Shown: positions 1 through 9,341, counted from the first letter of the stretch. The stretch is DNA of 64,000 nt from Dehalococcoidales bacterium (GCA_030654965.1 JAURWL010000051.1:6737-70736), one strand, 5' to 3'. Made by a program: numbers and translations. Notes: a model not told the origin generated them from the letters alone.

Positions 1-188
1 AGATGGAAGCGTAAGAAGGTATAGAACACTACCAAGTATATTAAGTCACAAAAGAGTTATTATAACTAATACGGCAATTATGACCTATAGTTGCCGTTTC
101 ATACTTAAAGGATAGGGATTTGCTACTGTTCAAATCAGGGCAGTGTTAGCTTAATATCGTAGCTAACCAAGTATTTTCGGGGGTACGT

Positions 189-247
189 GTTGCGTCAAAA
201 TAAACTGTTACCGAAAGAGTAGTCGTTGCGTCATAAATAGTGTTACC
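189..247. repeat. Left IS end: two direct copies of the terminal motif (189-212, 225-247)
   Basis: The sequences gttgcgtcaaaataaactgttacc and gttgcgtcataaatagtgttacc lie 36 bp apart. Their reverse complements match the right-end copies (ggtaacacta is identical over 10 nt). Confidence 0.65.
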
Positions 248-277
248 AATGTTCTTCTTTTTTGATGGTATTACTGG

Positions 278-1426
278 TCATGCCTTATTATCTGCCATAT
301 CCCATAAAAGTTTCAGGTTATCATTTATCTGTTTCAGGAGCTTAACCGGACTCAGGCTTTGAAAAGCATCCATCAGGTCTCTCTTTTCCCTCTCAGAGAG
401 AATGCCCGACTTTAAGAGACGATAGCAGGGGGTTTGAGCTTCATCATAAGCCTTGTAGACCTTAGCTCCATGACGGCGCTTGCTTATCAGCTTCATTGAA
501 GGCTGGAAGAAGTTAGCATACAACCGTAATAAAGAATAGATTCGGTTAAGCATCTCTAAAGCCTCTTTTGAACTGTAACGTCGGTAACCGATAATTCTCC
601 TCACCAAAGCCCCGTTCTTCTGCTCTACATGACAGCTATCATTCTTTTTGTAAGGACGTGACCGTGTAAAGGTAATGCCCTCATGTTGGCAGTAACGGTA
701 AAGATACTGATTGATAAACTCACTGCCATTATCTGAATCCAGCCCCAGCAAAGGAAAAGGCAGACGGGCGCGTAAGTGATGGATAGCAGCCCCAACCCGT
801 TCCTGTCCTTTCCCCCAGACGCCACCACATTCCGTCCAGCCGGTGGCGATATCAACTGCGGTTAAGGTATTCAGGTAGAAGCCATCAACGCTCTCCCCAC
901 AATGAGCCACCAGGTCAACTTCAAGAAAACCAGGACGGTTATCCTGCCAATCAGCAAAGGTACGGATGGGAATAGAACTCTTCAGTAAACTACCCGGTCT
1001 GGTGGTAGAGAAATGGTGCCGGTCGCCTTGCTGACGGAACGGACGGAGTAGACGGTCAATTGTCGAAGGACTTATCTGGCGGAGTTGTGTTTCCACTGCC
1101 GGCGTTATTTTAATATCGCCATTCTTCTTTAATATCTTCACCAAGTCGTGTAAAAACGGGTGTAGACGTTTCGAGCAGAGCCTGTCAGCCGCTTCCCAGA
1201 CAATTTTTAGCACCGCTACCGCCTCGTGACTGTATTTCCGTGGTCGTCCCCGCTTTTTGCTACCGTGTGACGAAGTCCCTCTGTTCAAGAGCCTGATGGA
1301 TGCTTTGCGGTGTAGCCCAGTAGTTTTCGTAAACTCGTCTAATATCTTCGTCTTTCCCTCTTTCTTAGCTTGCCAATACCTATCACGGATTGCCTGCGCA
1401 TATTCTTGTATACTCTGTCGTGTCAC
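278..1426 (-). CDS. DDE (rve/integrase-core) transposase with N-terminal HTH; IS family not resolved
   Basis: 382 aa ORF with a basic N-terminal HTH region (RGRPRKY). The catalytic-core-like stretch includes LEVDLV ... GLDSDNGSEFIN ... HVEQKNG, typical of retroviral-integrase-type DDE transposases. Confidence 0.9.
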   Translation of the reverse strand: MTRQSIQEYAQAIRDRYWQAKKEGKTKILDEFTKTTGLHRKASIRLLNRGTSSHGSKKRGRPRKYSHEAVAVLKIVWEAADRLCSKRLHPFLHDLVKILKKNGDIKITPAVETQLRQISPSTIDRLLRPFRQQGDRHHFSTTRPGSLLKSSIPIRTFADWQDNRPGFLEVDLVAHCGESVDGFYLNTLTAVDIATGWTECGGVWGKGQERVGAAIHHLRARLPFPLLGLDSDNGSEFINQYLYRYCQHEGITFTRSRPYKKNDSCHVEQKNGALVRRIIGYRRYSSKEALEMLNRIYSLLRLYANFFQPSMKLISKRRHGAKVYKAYDEAQTPCYRLLKSGILSEREKRDLMDAFQSLSPVKLLKQINDNLKLLWDMADNKA

Positions 1427-1451
1427 CTGACCTCCTTATAATGTAGTCCTC

Positions 1452-1509
1452 GGTAACACTAATTTTGAGTCAATACCCCTTCCCTTGGTAACTATTATTA
1501 TGAGTCAAT
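1452..1509. repeat. Right IS end: two direct copies of the terminal motif (1452-1474, 1487-1509)
   Basis: The sequences ggtaacactaattttgagtcaat and ggtaactattattatgagtcaat lie 35 bp apart and are inverted relative to 189-247. Confidence 0.65.
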
Positions 1510-1517
1510 GCGCCACA

Positions 1518-1546
1518 TTGACAATGTAGAAACTATGTGTTAGCAT
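1518..1546 (+). promoter_or_regulatory. Sigma70-type promoter candidate for the glutamate synthase operon
   Basis: TTGACA (1518-1523), a 17-nt spacer ending in TGT (extended -10), then TAGCAT (1541-1546). It lies ~70 nt upstream of the ATG at 1617 and starts 9 bp beyond the IS right end. Confidence 0.5.
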
Positions 1547-1616
1547 TTAAAGCATACGGAAAACGGTTGCCGTATACCTTTCGCTCTCAAGATAGACTAA
1601 ATGAAGGCAAACAGCA

Positions 1617-2075
1617 ATGAAAAGAGTCCTGGTCAATGAACCCGCTTGCATGGGGTGCCATCTCTGCGAGGTGCACTGCCAGCTTCAGCATTCACGTTCC
1701 AGAGACCTGCTCAAAGCCTTCAAGAAGGAATCCCCCAAACCCACCCCCCGTCTCCGTATTGAAGTACGGAAACCGGTCTTCTTCTCGCTTCGCTGTCAAC
1801 AGTGCACGGAACCATCCTGTGTTTCTGCCTGCCTGACTGGCGCCCTCTCCCGCAACCCGGAAACGGGTGTAGTCACCACCGATGAAGACAGGTGCATCGG
1901 ATGCTGGACGTGCATTCTTGCCTGTCCGTATGGTAGTATCCGACAAGATGCCCTGAAACACAAACCTGTGAAATGCGACCTCTGCCAGGGAGCCGAGACG
2001 CCCGCCTGTGTGCTCAACTGCCCTAATGAAGCGCTTACCTGTGAAGAGGTCACTGCTAAGGTTCTGGTCAGATGA
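1617..2075 (+). CDS. 4Fe-4S dicluster ferredoxin-domain protein, first gene of the glutamate synthase operon
   Basis: Cys clusters CMGCHLCEVHC, CQQCTEPSCVSAC, CIGCWTCILACP and CDLCQG..CVLNCP. The stop overlaps the next start (ATGA). Confidence 0.85.
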   Translation: MKRVLVNEPACMGCHLCEVHCQLQHSRSRDLLKAFKKESPKPTPRLRIEVRKPVFFSLRCQQCTEPSCVSACLTGALSRNPETGVVTTDEDRCIGCWTCILACPYGSIRQDALKHKPVKCDLCQGAETPACVLNCPNEALTCEEVTAKVLVR

Positions 2076-2689
2076 TTACAGTTATTGATTATGGCGCTGG
2101 TAATCTGCGTAGTGTGGTCAATGCACTCACGCTACTTGGCTATCCCCACCGGGTGAGCCAGAAACCGGCTGATGTGCTCAGTGCCGATGCTGTTATCTTA
2201 CCCGGAGTCGGTGCTGCCGGCGATACAATGAAGAGCCTGGAAAAACTTTCCCTCATTAAACCAATCAAACAATATATCGCTGAAGGGAGGCCTTTTTTTG
2301 GTATCTGTATCGGACTTCAAGTCCTGCTGACAACCACTGAAGAAGGGGGTAGCCATAAATGTCTGGGTATTATCCCGGGTAAAGTTCGTAAACTAACCCC
2401 CGGGCTCAAAATACCGCACATGGGCTGGAATCAGGTAAAGCAACTCACCGCCCATCCCATCTTCTCGGGTATCCCGGATAACACGAATTTCTATTTCGTG
2501 CACAGCTACTATGCCATTCCAGAGAGCAACACTGCGGTCATCGGCACCACCGATTACGGTATCTCATTCTGCAGTGTTCTGGCACAGGGCAAACTGGTCG
2601 CTACGCAATTTCACCCGGAAAAGAGCGGGGAATGGGGACTGAAGCTATATGATAACTTTCTGAAGATGGCGGGGGAGAACAAGAGATGA
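2072..2689 (+). CDS. hisH: Imidazole glycerol phosphate synthase glutamine amidotransferase subunit HisH
   Basis: HisH hallmarks: GAGNLRSV, GICIGLQ (catalytic Cys), HMGWN, FVHSYY, QFHPEKS. Confidence 0.9.
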   Translation: MITVIDYGAGNLRSVVNALTLLGYPHRVSQKPADVLSADAVILPGVGAAGDTMKSLEKLSLIKPIKQYIAEGRPFFGICIGLQVLLTTTEEGGSHKCLGIIPGKVRKLTPGLKIPHMGWNQVKQLTAHPIFSGIPDNTNFYFVHSYYAIPESNTAVIGTTDYGISFCSVLAQGKLVATQFHPEKSGEWGLKLYDNFLKMAGENKR

Positions 2690-4011
2690 CCGGGACACTG
2701 GACACAAAATATCTCATAATAGGTAATTCCGCCGGTGGTATTGGCGCGGCGGAAGCAATCCGGCAGTTAGACAGGTCCGGCTCCATAACTATTATCTCTG
2801 ATGAGCCTTATCCCGCCTACTCCCGCCCGCTTATTTCCAAATACCTCGCCGGGGAATGCAAAATTGAGAAGATGCTTTTCCGTCCGTCTGATTTCTATGA
2901 GAAAAATTCTATCAGAGCTTTGCCGGGCAGGAAGGCAGTGCAACTTGATACCAAGGGACACACCGTAAAAATTGACGATGGTACAGTCATTGCATGGGAG
3001 CAACTCTTACTTGCCACCGGCGGCTCCCCGATTATTCCACAAATGGAAGGCGGGAACAGTCCTGCTGTCTTTACCTTCACCACGCTGGATGATGCCAGAG
3101 CAATCGACCATTACATAAAGAAGGGAATGCGGGCAGTAGTCATTGGCGGTGGTCTCATCGGCGTGAGTGTCACCGAGGCGCTGGTCAAACGCGGCGTCAG
3201 AGTCACCATTATCGAAATGAAAGACCGCATTCTCAATACGATTCTGGATGAGACAACATCGACGATGGCGACCGCTATTCTGGAAAAACATGGGGTGAAA
3301 ATTATCACCAACCACACAGTCACCGAAATCAACAGTGAATTTACCACCGACCGTATTCACGCCGTTACACTGGATGACAGCCGGGGAATCTCTTGCGAGG
3401 CAGTCATTGTCGCCATCGGTGTGCGACCGCGTTTAGAACTGGCAGCAAGCGCGGGCATCAAAGTCAATCGTGGTATCATCGTTGACCGCACCATGAAAAC
3501 ATCAAAATCGGATATTTATGCATGTGGTGATGCCGCAGAGGCTTATGATTTTATTCAGGGTGAAAACAGGGTCACCCCCATCTGGCCAAATGCCTATCTC
3601 GGCGGGAGGGTAGCCGGCTTTAATATGGCAGGTGTTTCCACAAAATACACCGGCGCTACCTCAATGAACTCGCTCAACTACTTTGGCATGGCAGTCACAT
3701 CCGCTGGCATGGTTATGCCACCCGATAAATCCTATGAAGTTATCAGCCGGCAGAACGAACGGAACTACCGGAAAGTGATTTTAAAAGATGGTTTGCTCAT
3801 CGGGCTAATTTTCTGTGGGGATATTGAGCAATCGGGCATCGTCTATGGCTTAATGAAAGACAGGGTTAATGTGTCCGATTTTAAACAGACGCTGGTCGCC
3901 GACGACTTCAGCTTCGTTTCTCTACCTGAGCCACTCTGGAGAGAGAGGTTAGCAGGTTCATTCAAGCCACAAACGGAGTCCGAACCAATCACCGTGGGGG
4001 TACTGCAATGA
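2686..4011 (+). CDS. FAD/NAD(P)-dependent pyridine nucleotide-disulfide-family oxidoreductase, likely electron input for glutamate synthase
   Basis: Two Rossmann dinucleotide motifs (IIGNSAGGIGAAE and VVIGGGLIGVSVTE) and a CGD motif (YACGDAAE). ATGA overlaps occur at both junctions. Confidence 0.8.
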   Translation: MTGTLDTKYLIIGNSAGGIGAAEAIRQLDRSGSITIISDEPYPAYSRPLISKYLAGECKIEKMLFRPSDFYEKNSIRALPGRKAVQLDTKGHTVKIDDGTVIAWEQLLLATGGSPIIPQMEGGNSPAVFTFTTLDDARAIDHYIKKGMRAVVIGGGLIGVSVTEALVKRGVRVTIIEMKDRILNTILDETTSTMATAILEKHGVKIITNHTVTEINSEFTTDRIHAVTLDDSRGISCEAVIVAIGVRPRLELAASAGIKVNRGIIVDRTMKTSKSDIYACGDAAEAYDFIQGENRVTPIWPNAYLGGRVAGFNMAGVSTKYTGATSMNSLNYFGMAVTSAGMVMPPDKSYEVISRQNERNYRKVILKDGLLIGLIFCGDIEQSGIVYGLMKDRVNVSDFKQTLVADDFSFVSLPEPLWRERLAGSFKPQTESEPITVGVLQ

Positions 4012-5147
4012 AAGACATGAGGAAAGTCAACAATCCGCACAATGATGACAAAGTAATCGATGCCTGCTCCATCTTCGGCGCTATGGACGTCACCGGTCGC
4101 CGATTCTCGGGTAACGGAGTCATCAAAGCTATCACCAATATGCACGACCGTAGTAACGGGTTAGGTGGCGGCTTTGCTGTCTACGGACTGTACCCTGCTT
4201 ATGCTGATTCCTATGCTTTCCACATCATGTACCTCAATGATGCGGCACAGAACCAGACCGAAGCTTTCCTAAAAGAGAATCTCCATATTCTGTATGGTGA
4301 AAAGGTGCCGACAAAGCCGACTGCGGGCATTGTCAACCCGCCGCTCTTCTGGCGTTATTTCGCCGAAGTCGGCAACCATAAACTGGAAGACATCCCTGAT
4401 GATGACTACATCGTCGCGAAGGTAATGCAGATTAATACCACCATTGATGATGTCTTTGTCTTCTCCAGCGGCAAGAACATGGGCGTCTTCAAAGGCGTTG
4501 GCTATCCGGAGCAAATCGCCGCTTATTTCTGCTTGGAACAGTACCAGGGTTATCTCTGGACAGCGCACGGCCGGTTTCCCACGAACACGCCGGGGTGGTG
4601 GGGCGGCGCTCACCCCTTTAGCGTCCTCGATTGGACGGTAGTGCACAATGGTGAAATCTCATCTTACGGCATCAACCGCCGCTGTCTGGAGCAATTCGGC
4701 TACCAGTGTACCATGCAAACCGATACGGAAGTGGTCGCCTATGCCGTCGATTTATTAGTACGCAAACACGGTCTACCCATAGAACTGGTGGCGAAAATCC
4801 TGGCACCGCCCTTCTGGAGCAATATTTCCCGGCAGGCTAACGGACAGAAGGAACTTCTGCTCACACTCCGTCAGGTCTATGGTAGCCTGCTTCTGAACGG
4901 ACCGTTCACCTTTATCATTGCTCATCAGGGGGAGATGATTGGTCTTACCGACCGCATCCGCCTACGCCCGCTCACCGTCGGGGAAAAGGGCAGTATGCTC
5001 TACCTCTCCTCGGAGGAATCAGCCATCCGACTGGTTAGTCCTGACCTTGACCGGGCGTGGACGCCGGTGGGCGGTGAGCCGGTTATCGGCAGGCTGGGCA
5101 AACCACTCCCATCTCAACGTGAATTGGTAATCGCTGGAGTTATGTGA
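4008..5147 (+). CDS. Class-II (Ntn) glutamine amidotransferase domain protein, archaeal-type glutamate synthase domain 1
   Basis: ACSIFG candidate nucleophile Cys, HGRFPTN, and [10 protein letters not shown], a motif typical of GltB/PurF-type amidotransferases. It is a stand-alone ~380 aa protein, as in split glutamate synthases. Confidence 0.85.
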   Translation: MKDMRKVNNPHNDDKVIDACSIFGAMDVTGRRFSGNGVIKAITNMHDRSNGLGGGFAVYGLYPAYADSYAFHIMYLNDAAQNQTEAFLKENLHILYGEKVPTKPTAGIVNPPLFWRYFAEVGNHKLEDIPDDDYIVAKVMQINTTIDDVFVFSSGKNMGVFKGVGYPEQIAAYFCLEQYQGYLWTAHGRFPTNTPGWWGGAHPFSVLDWTVVHNGEISSYGINRRCLEQFGYQCTMQTDTEVVAYAVDLLVRKHGLPIELVAKILAPPFWSNISRQANGQKELLLTLRQVYGSLLLNGPFTFIIAHQGEMIGLTDRIRLRPLTVGEKGSMLYLSSEESAIRLVSPDLDRAWTPVGGEPVIGRLGKPLPSQRELVIAGVM

Positions 5148-5148
5148 A

Positions 5149-5940
5149 ATGCTTACAAAACGTATTATCCCCTGCCTTGATGTAAAAGCCGGGCGGGTCG
5201 TCAAAGGCGTGAAGTTCCGCGACCTCCGTGATGCCGGTGACCCAGTGGAATTAGCCGCTTTTTATAATGAACAAGGCGCCGATGAGCTGGTTTTTTATGA
5301 CATCACCGCTTCCAGTGATGACCGCGCCATCATGCGCGAGGTAGTAGAGCGCACCGCCAACCAGATATTTATTCCTCTCACCGTCGGGGGCGGACTTCGT
5401 ACTGTGGAAGACATGCATCGTATGCTTCAGGTTGGCGCCGATAAGGTCTCGATAAACACCGCCGCGGTTCTGAATCCAAAACTTATTACGGAAGGCGCGC
5501 GACGATTCGGCAGTCAATGCATCGTCTTGGGCATGGATGCCAAGAGAGTTACTGTCTCCAGTCCTGTCCGCTGGGAGGTGTTCACCCACACCGGAGCAGA
5601 CGGCGGACGCGGCACCGGTCTGGACGCAATTGAGTGGGCGCATAAGGCGGTAGAACTGGGCGCGGGCGAGATAGTGGTGAACAGCATTGACGCCGATGGC
5701 ACTCAGGCCGGATACGACCTGGAACTGTTACGGGCTATTTCCGAAAGTGTGACCGTGCCCGTAGTCGCCAGCGGTGGCGCCGGCGCTCCGGATGACCTCT
5801 TTCAGGCGCTCATCACGGGTAAAGCGGACGCCGTGCTTGCCGCCAGCATTTTTCACTACGGCACTTATTCAATTAGAGACGTTAAGAAATTCCTGTTAAA
5901 CAAGGGCATCCCGGTGAGGTTGGAGGTAGGGAAACCGTGA
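5149..5940 (+). CDS. hisF: Imidazole glycerol phosphate synthase cyclase subunit HisF
   Basis: The N-terminus [33 protein letters not shown] and ASGGAG are all classic HisF motifs. Confidence 0.92.
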   Translation: MLTKRIIPCLDVKAGRVVKGVKFRDLRDAGDPVELAAFYNEQGADELVFYDITASSDDRAIMREVVERTANQIFIPLTVGGGLRTVEDMHRMLQVGADKVSINTAAVLNPKLITEGARRFGSQCIVLGMDAKRVTVSSPVRWEVFTHTGADGGRGTGLDAIEWAHKAVELGAGEIVVNSIDADGTQAGYDLELLRAISESVTVPVVASGGAGAPDDLFQALITGKADAVLAASIFHYGTYSIRDVKKFLLNKGIPVRLEVGKP

Positions 5941-7442
5941 AAATGCTCGTGCCTCCGAAGTTCAGAGTGGTGCGCGATGCGACGCGCTGTATCGGATGTC
6001 AGGTCTGCGTCAACCAGTGCAGTTTTGACGCTCACTATTATGATGCCGAAGACGTCGTCGTATGCAGTCGGGATGAAAACTGTGTCGCCTGCCATCGCTG
6101 TGCCACATTCTGTCCGACGGGCGCTCTGACTATTACCCGTAATCCGCTTGATTACCGTGAGAACCAGAATTGGCATCGCGAGGATATTGAAGACATCTGG
6201 CGGCAAGCAGAGAGCGGCGGCATGTTGCTCACAGGCATGGGTACTGACAAAGGCTACCCTATCTACTGGGACCATCTGCTCCTGAACGCCAGTCAGGTGA
6301 CCAACCCTTCCATCGACCCGCTCCGTGAACCGATGGAGTTGACCACATATCTGGGCAGGAAACCAGATAAGGTTAAAATAAGCCCCGACTCACTAAAACT
6401 TGAAACAGAGATGGCGCCGCAGGTCAGAATTGACGTGCCGGTAATGTTCTCTGCAATGTCCTATGGGGCAGTCAGCCTGAATGTCCACAAATCGCTGGCG
6501 CGCGCCGCCACGGAAATGGGCACGCTCTGGAATACCGGCGAGGGTGGTTTACACCCCAGCCTCTATAAATACGGGAAGAACACAATCGTCCAGGTAGCTT
6601 CGGGGCGGTTTGGCGTACAGCCCAGCTACCTTCATGCGGCGCGTGTCGTTGAAATCAAAATCGGGCAGGGCGCCAAACCGGGTATTGGCGGCCATCTGCC
6701 TGCGGAAAAGGTCAGCGCCGAGGTCTCTATGACACGAATGATTCCCCGGGGCACGGATGCCCTCTCCCCCGCTCCTCAGCACGATATTTATTCGATAGAG
6801 GATTTGACGCAACTCATCTACGCACTGAAAGAAGCGACCAATTACACCAAGCCAATATCGGTAAAAATTGCGGCAGTACATAACTCGGCGGCAATTGCCA
6901 GTGGCATGGTGCGGGCAGGTGCGGACATTATTGTCCTGGATGGGTTGCGGGGCGCTACTGGCGCCGCCCCCAAAGTCATCCGTGACAACGTTGGCATCCC
7001 CATTGAACTGGCACTGGCTTCAGTCGATACCAGATTACGACAGGAAGGCATTCGCAATCAGGCATCGCTGGTTATCTCCGGCGGTATCCGGAACAGCGGT
7101 GATGTCACTAAAGCCATCGCCCTCGGCGCCGATGCGGTCAATATCGGCACAGCGGCGCTCGTCGCGCTCGGCTGTCATGTCTGCCAGCAATGTCACACCG
7201 GGAAATGTGCCTGGGGCATCTGCACCACCGACCTTTCTCTGACACGGCGCATCAATCCCGAAATCGGTGCACGGCGTCTGGCGAATCTCTTGCGCGGCTG
7301 GAGTCTGGAAATCAAGGACATGCTCGGCGGCATGGGTATCAACGCTATCGAAAGTTTGCGCGGCAACCGGCTCCACCTCCGCGGTGTCGGACTGACGGAT
7401 ACGGAATTGGAAATCCTTGGAGTAAGGATGGCGGGGAGTTAA
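5937..7442 (+). CDS. Glutamate synthase FMN-binding/synthase domain protein with N-terminal 2x[4Fe-4S], archaeal-type domain 2
   Basis: [11 protein letters not shown] and [12 protein letters not shown] are followed by a GltS FMN-domain-like core ([42 protein letters not shown]). The GTG start overlaps the hisF stop. Confidence 0.9.
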   Translation: MKMLVPPKFRVVRDATRCIGCQVCVNQCSFDAHYYDAEDVVVCSRDENCVACHRCATFCPTGALTITRNPLDYRENQNWHREDIEDIWRQAESGGMLLTGMGTDKGYPIYWDHLLLNASQVTNPSIDPLREPMELTTYLGRKPDKVKISPDSLKLETEMAPQVRIDVPVMFSAMSYGAVSLNVHKSLARAATEMGTLWNTGEGGLHPSLYKYGKNTIVQVASGRFGVQPSYLHAARVVEIKIGQGAKPGIGGHLPAEKVSAEVSMTRMIPRGTDALSPAPQHDIYSIEDLTQLIYALKEATNYTKPISVKIAAVHNSAAIASGMVRAGADIIVLDGLRGATGAAPKVIRDNVGIPIELALASVDTRLRQEGIRNQASLVISGGIRNSGDVTKAIALGADAVNIGTAALVALGCHVCQQCHTGKCAWGICTTDLSLTRRINPEIGARRLANLLRGWSLEIKDMLGGMGINAIESLRGNRLHLRGVGLTDTELEILGVRMAGS

Positions 7443-7443
7443 G

Positions 7444-8202
7444 ATGGAAAGAAACAAGACGGCAACACTGGCGACCATTGATGCTACCAGCTTGCACTAC
7501 CGTAATCTCAATGCGCAACTACGCGACCTGGTCGCCGGCGGCACAGAAAAAATTATCATCAACAACGTATATGGCCAGCGGTATATTGGCACGGACTTGA
7601 ATAAGCCGGTCGAAATCGAGATACACGGCACACCAGGCAATGACCTAGGCGCTTTTATGGATGGTCCGACCGTCACCATTTACGGCAATGCCCAGGATGG
7701 CACCGGTAATACTATGAATGATGGCAGAATCATCGTGCACGGGCGCGCGGGCGATATCACCGGACTCTCAGCGCGGGGCGGGGAAATCTATGTCAGAGAC
7801 AGTGTGGGGTACCGCGCCGGCATCCACATGAAGGCATTTGGAGATAAAATGCCAGCGCTTGTTATTGGAAGCACGGCGCAGGATTTTGTCGGCGAGTATA
7901 TGGCGGGTGGTGTCCTTATTCTCCTCGGTATCGGATTGGAAGGAAATCAACATAAAGCCAGCTTCATTGGCACGGGCATGCACGGCGGTGCCATCTACTT
8001 CAGGGGCTCTATCGAAGAACACCAGTTAGGCAAAGAAGTCGGTATCGCAGAACTGAGCGGGGAAGATAGAACTACCTTGACTCGTCTGGTGACAAAATTC
8101 TCCCGCTATTTTAACTGTGATGCGGAAGGTATCCTAAAGGAGAAATTCACCAAACTCTATCCTAAATACCTCCGACCTTACGGTCAACTCTACACCTATT
8201 GA
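7444..8202 (+). CDS. Glutamate synthase GXGXG-domain protein, archaeal-type domain 3
   Basis: Repeated GXGXG-type beta-helix motifs (IHGTPGNDLGAFMDG, IYGNAQDGTGNTMNDG, VHGRAGDITG, GEYMAGG). Confidence 0.88.
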   Translation: MERNKTATLATIDATSLHYRNLNAQLRDLVAGGTEKIIINNVYGQRYIGTDLNKPVEIEIHGTPGNDLGAFMDGPTVTIYGNAQDGTGNTMNDGRIIVHGRAGDITGLSARGGEIYVRDSVGYRAGIHMKAFGDKMPALVIGSTAQDFVGEYMAGGVLILLGIGLEGNQHKASFIGTGMHGGAIYFRGSIEEHQLGKEVGIAELSGEDRTTLTRLVTKFSRYFNCDAEGILKEKFTKLYPKYLRPYGQLYTY

Positions 8203-8870
8203 GGTGCGCTTTGTTTCAGGTTCTACTGGTGGCAAAACCGGGTGGAGAGGCGAGCAAACTGACCGCAGCGCTCAGCCGTAACAACTTTACGTGCAGTATG
8301 GTGGGCAGCGCTGATGACGCCCTACAACAGGTCAACATACGCCTCCCCGACTTATTCCTCCTTGAAGTTGGCAGTATTCCGGAGAGCGAACACCTCTGTC
8401 GGTATCTGCGGGAGGAGAAGAAGCTCCCCGTTCTTGCCATTACCTCAATGGAAACGGCGCTCAATCTCGACGGCACCATCGATGATTTCGTACTCAGTCC
8501 TGTAAACACAGATGAGGTTGTCACCAGAGTAAAACGCCTGCTAAACAAAAAAACGAAAGCCGCCAGCCCGGAACAAATCACCATCGGGAATCTGGTCATT
8601 GATACAATCAAATATGAAGTCTATATCAGTGGCAGACCGGTATCGCTCACCTTCCGTGAATACGAACTCCTCAAATTTCTAGCAACGAACCCCGGTCGGG
8701 TCTTCACCCGGGACGCACTACTGAATGGAGTCTGGGGAGAGGATTTTTTCGGGGGCGACCGCACCGTTGACGTTCACATCCGCAGACTACGCGGCAAAAT
8801 TGATGACCAGACTCACACCTACATTGATACTGTCCGCAATATCGGTTACCGCTTTGTGAAAAAAGCCTGA
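8199..8870 (+). CDS. OmpR/PhoB-family winged-helix regulator with a degenerate receiver domain; start codon uncertain (TTG 8199 or TTG 8211)
   Basis: The C-terminal region (LTFREYELLKFL...VDVHIRRLRGKI...TVRNIGYRF) is a typical OmpR-type wHTH. In a hand alignment to OmpR the N-terminal receiver-like domain lacks the acidic pair, has Glu where the phospho-Asp is expected (DLFLLEV), and has SP instead of KP. Confidence 0.85.
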   Translation: MRCALFQVLLVAKPGGEASKLTAALSRNNFTCSMVGSADDALQQVNIRLPDLFLLEVGSIPESEHLCRYLREEKKLPVLAITSMETALNLDGTIDDFVLSPVNTDEVVTRVKRLLNKKTKAASPEQITIGNLVIDTIKYEVYISGRPVSLTFREYELLKFLATNPGRVFTRDALLNGVWGEDFFGGDRTVDVHIRRLRGKIDDQTHTYIDTVRNIGYRFVKKA

Positions 8871-8880
8871 ACGCCACTCT

Positions 8881-8917
8881 GTAGGCATCTGTAACCGAAC
8901 CGTAATACTGCCGTAAT
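8881..8917 (+). promoter_or_regulatory. Phased direct repeats (GTAGG, GTAAC, GTAAT, GTAAT) upstream of the 122-aa gene; candidate response-regulator operator
   Basis: Pentamers start at 8881, 8891, 8902 and 8913 (spacing 10, 11, 11). They are embedded in a 59-nt block (8889-8947) that matches 9462-9520 at 47 of 59 positions by hand alignment. Confidence 0.55.
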
Positions 8918-8972
8918 AATTCTTCGCTAAAGTAGAGACATCTAAACCAGCAGTAGGATAAGGAGGGCAAAT

Positions 8973-9341
8973 ATGTCATACGATTGGGGACCAAATTTTA
9001 TTGTTCCTTCCGAAACCTTGAAGAAATTTTCCGGCACAGTGAGATTGCGCGAGATGCTTGACGAAGACCTTCTGAAGCAGGAGCTTAAGGAACTGGAACT
9101 GTCTGGTCCTGTTTTAAGAATCACCAATCCGTGGTACTACCGCAAGAAGGGCACCAGCACCTGGATAAAAATTGGCGAATCTGAGGATAAGTCGGAGAAT
9201 TTTGCCGTGCAATGGGACACCAGAAAACTGGCGAATGGGAGATATGAGGTGCTGGGTCTGATGCATGTCTTCGTCAATAGAAGCGGCATGGAATACGCAA
9301 TCGCACGACAGAGCATGGTCGAGGTTTCAGTTAAAAATTAA
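8973..9341 (+). CDS. Hypothetical 122-aa protein of unknown function
   Basis: ATG preceded by AAGGAGG. No recognisable motif. It shares its upstream element with amtB. Confidence 0.6.
   Translation: MSYDWGPNFIVPSETLKKFSGTVRLREMLDEDLLKQELKELELSGPVLRITNPWYYRKKGTSTWIKIGESEDKSENFAVQWDTRKLANGRYEVLGLMHVFVNRSGMEYAIARQSMVEVSVKN

Larger units (their letters stand above)
189..1509 (-). mobile_element. Insertion sequence carrying one DDE transposase gene; outer boundaries approximate
   Basis: A single transposase ORF is bracketed by imperfect inverted ends. Each end carries two copies of a ~23-bp motif, GGTAAC-(AT-rich ~9)-TGA(C/G)(G/T)CAA: left 189-212 and 225-247, right 1452-1474 and 1487-1509. No target-site duplication was identified by eye. 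Confidence 0.7.
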
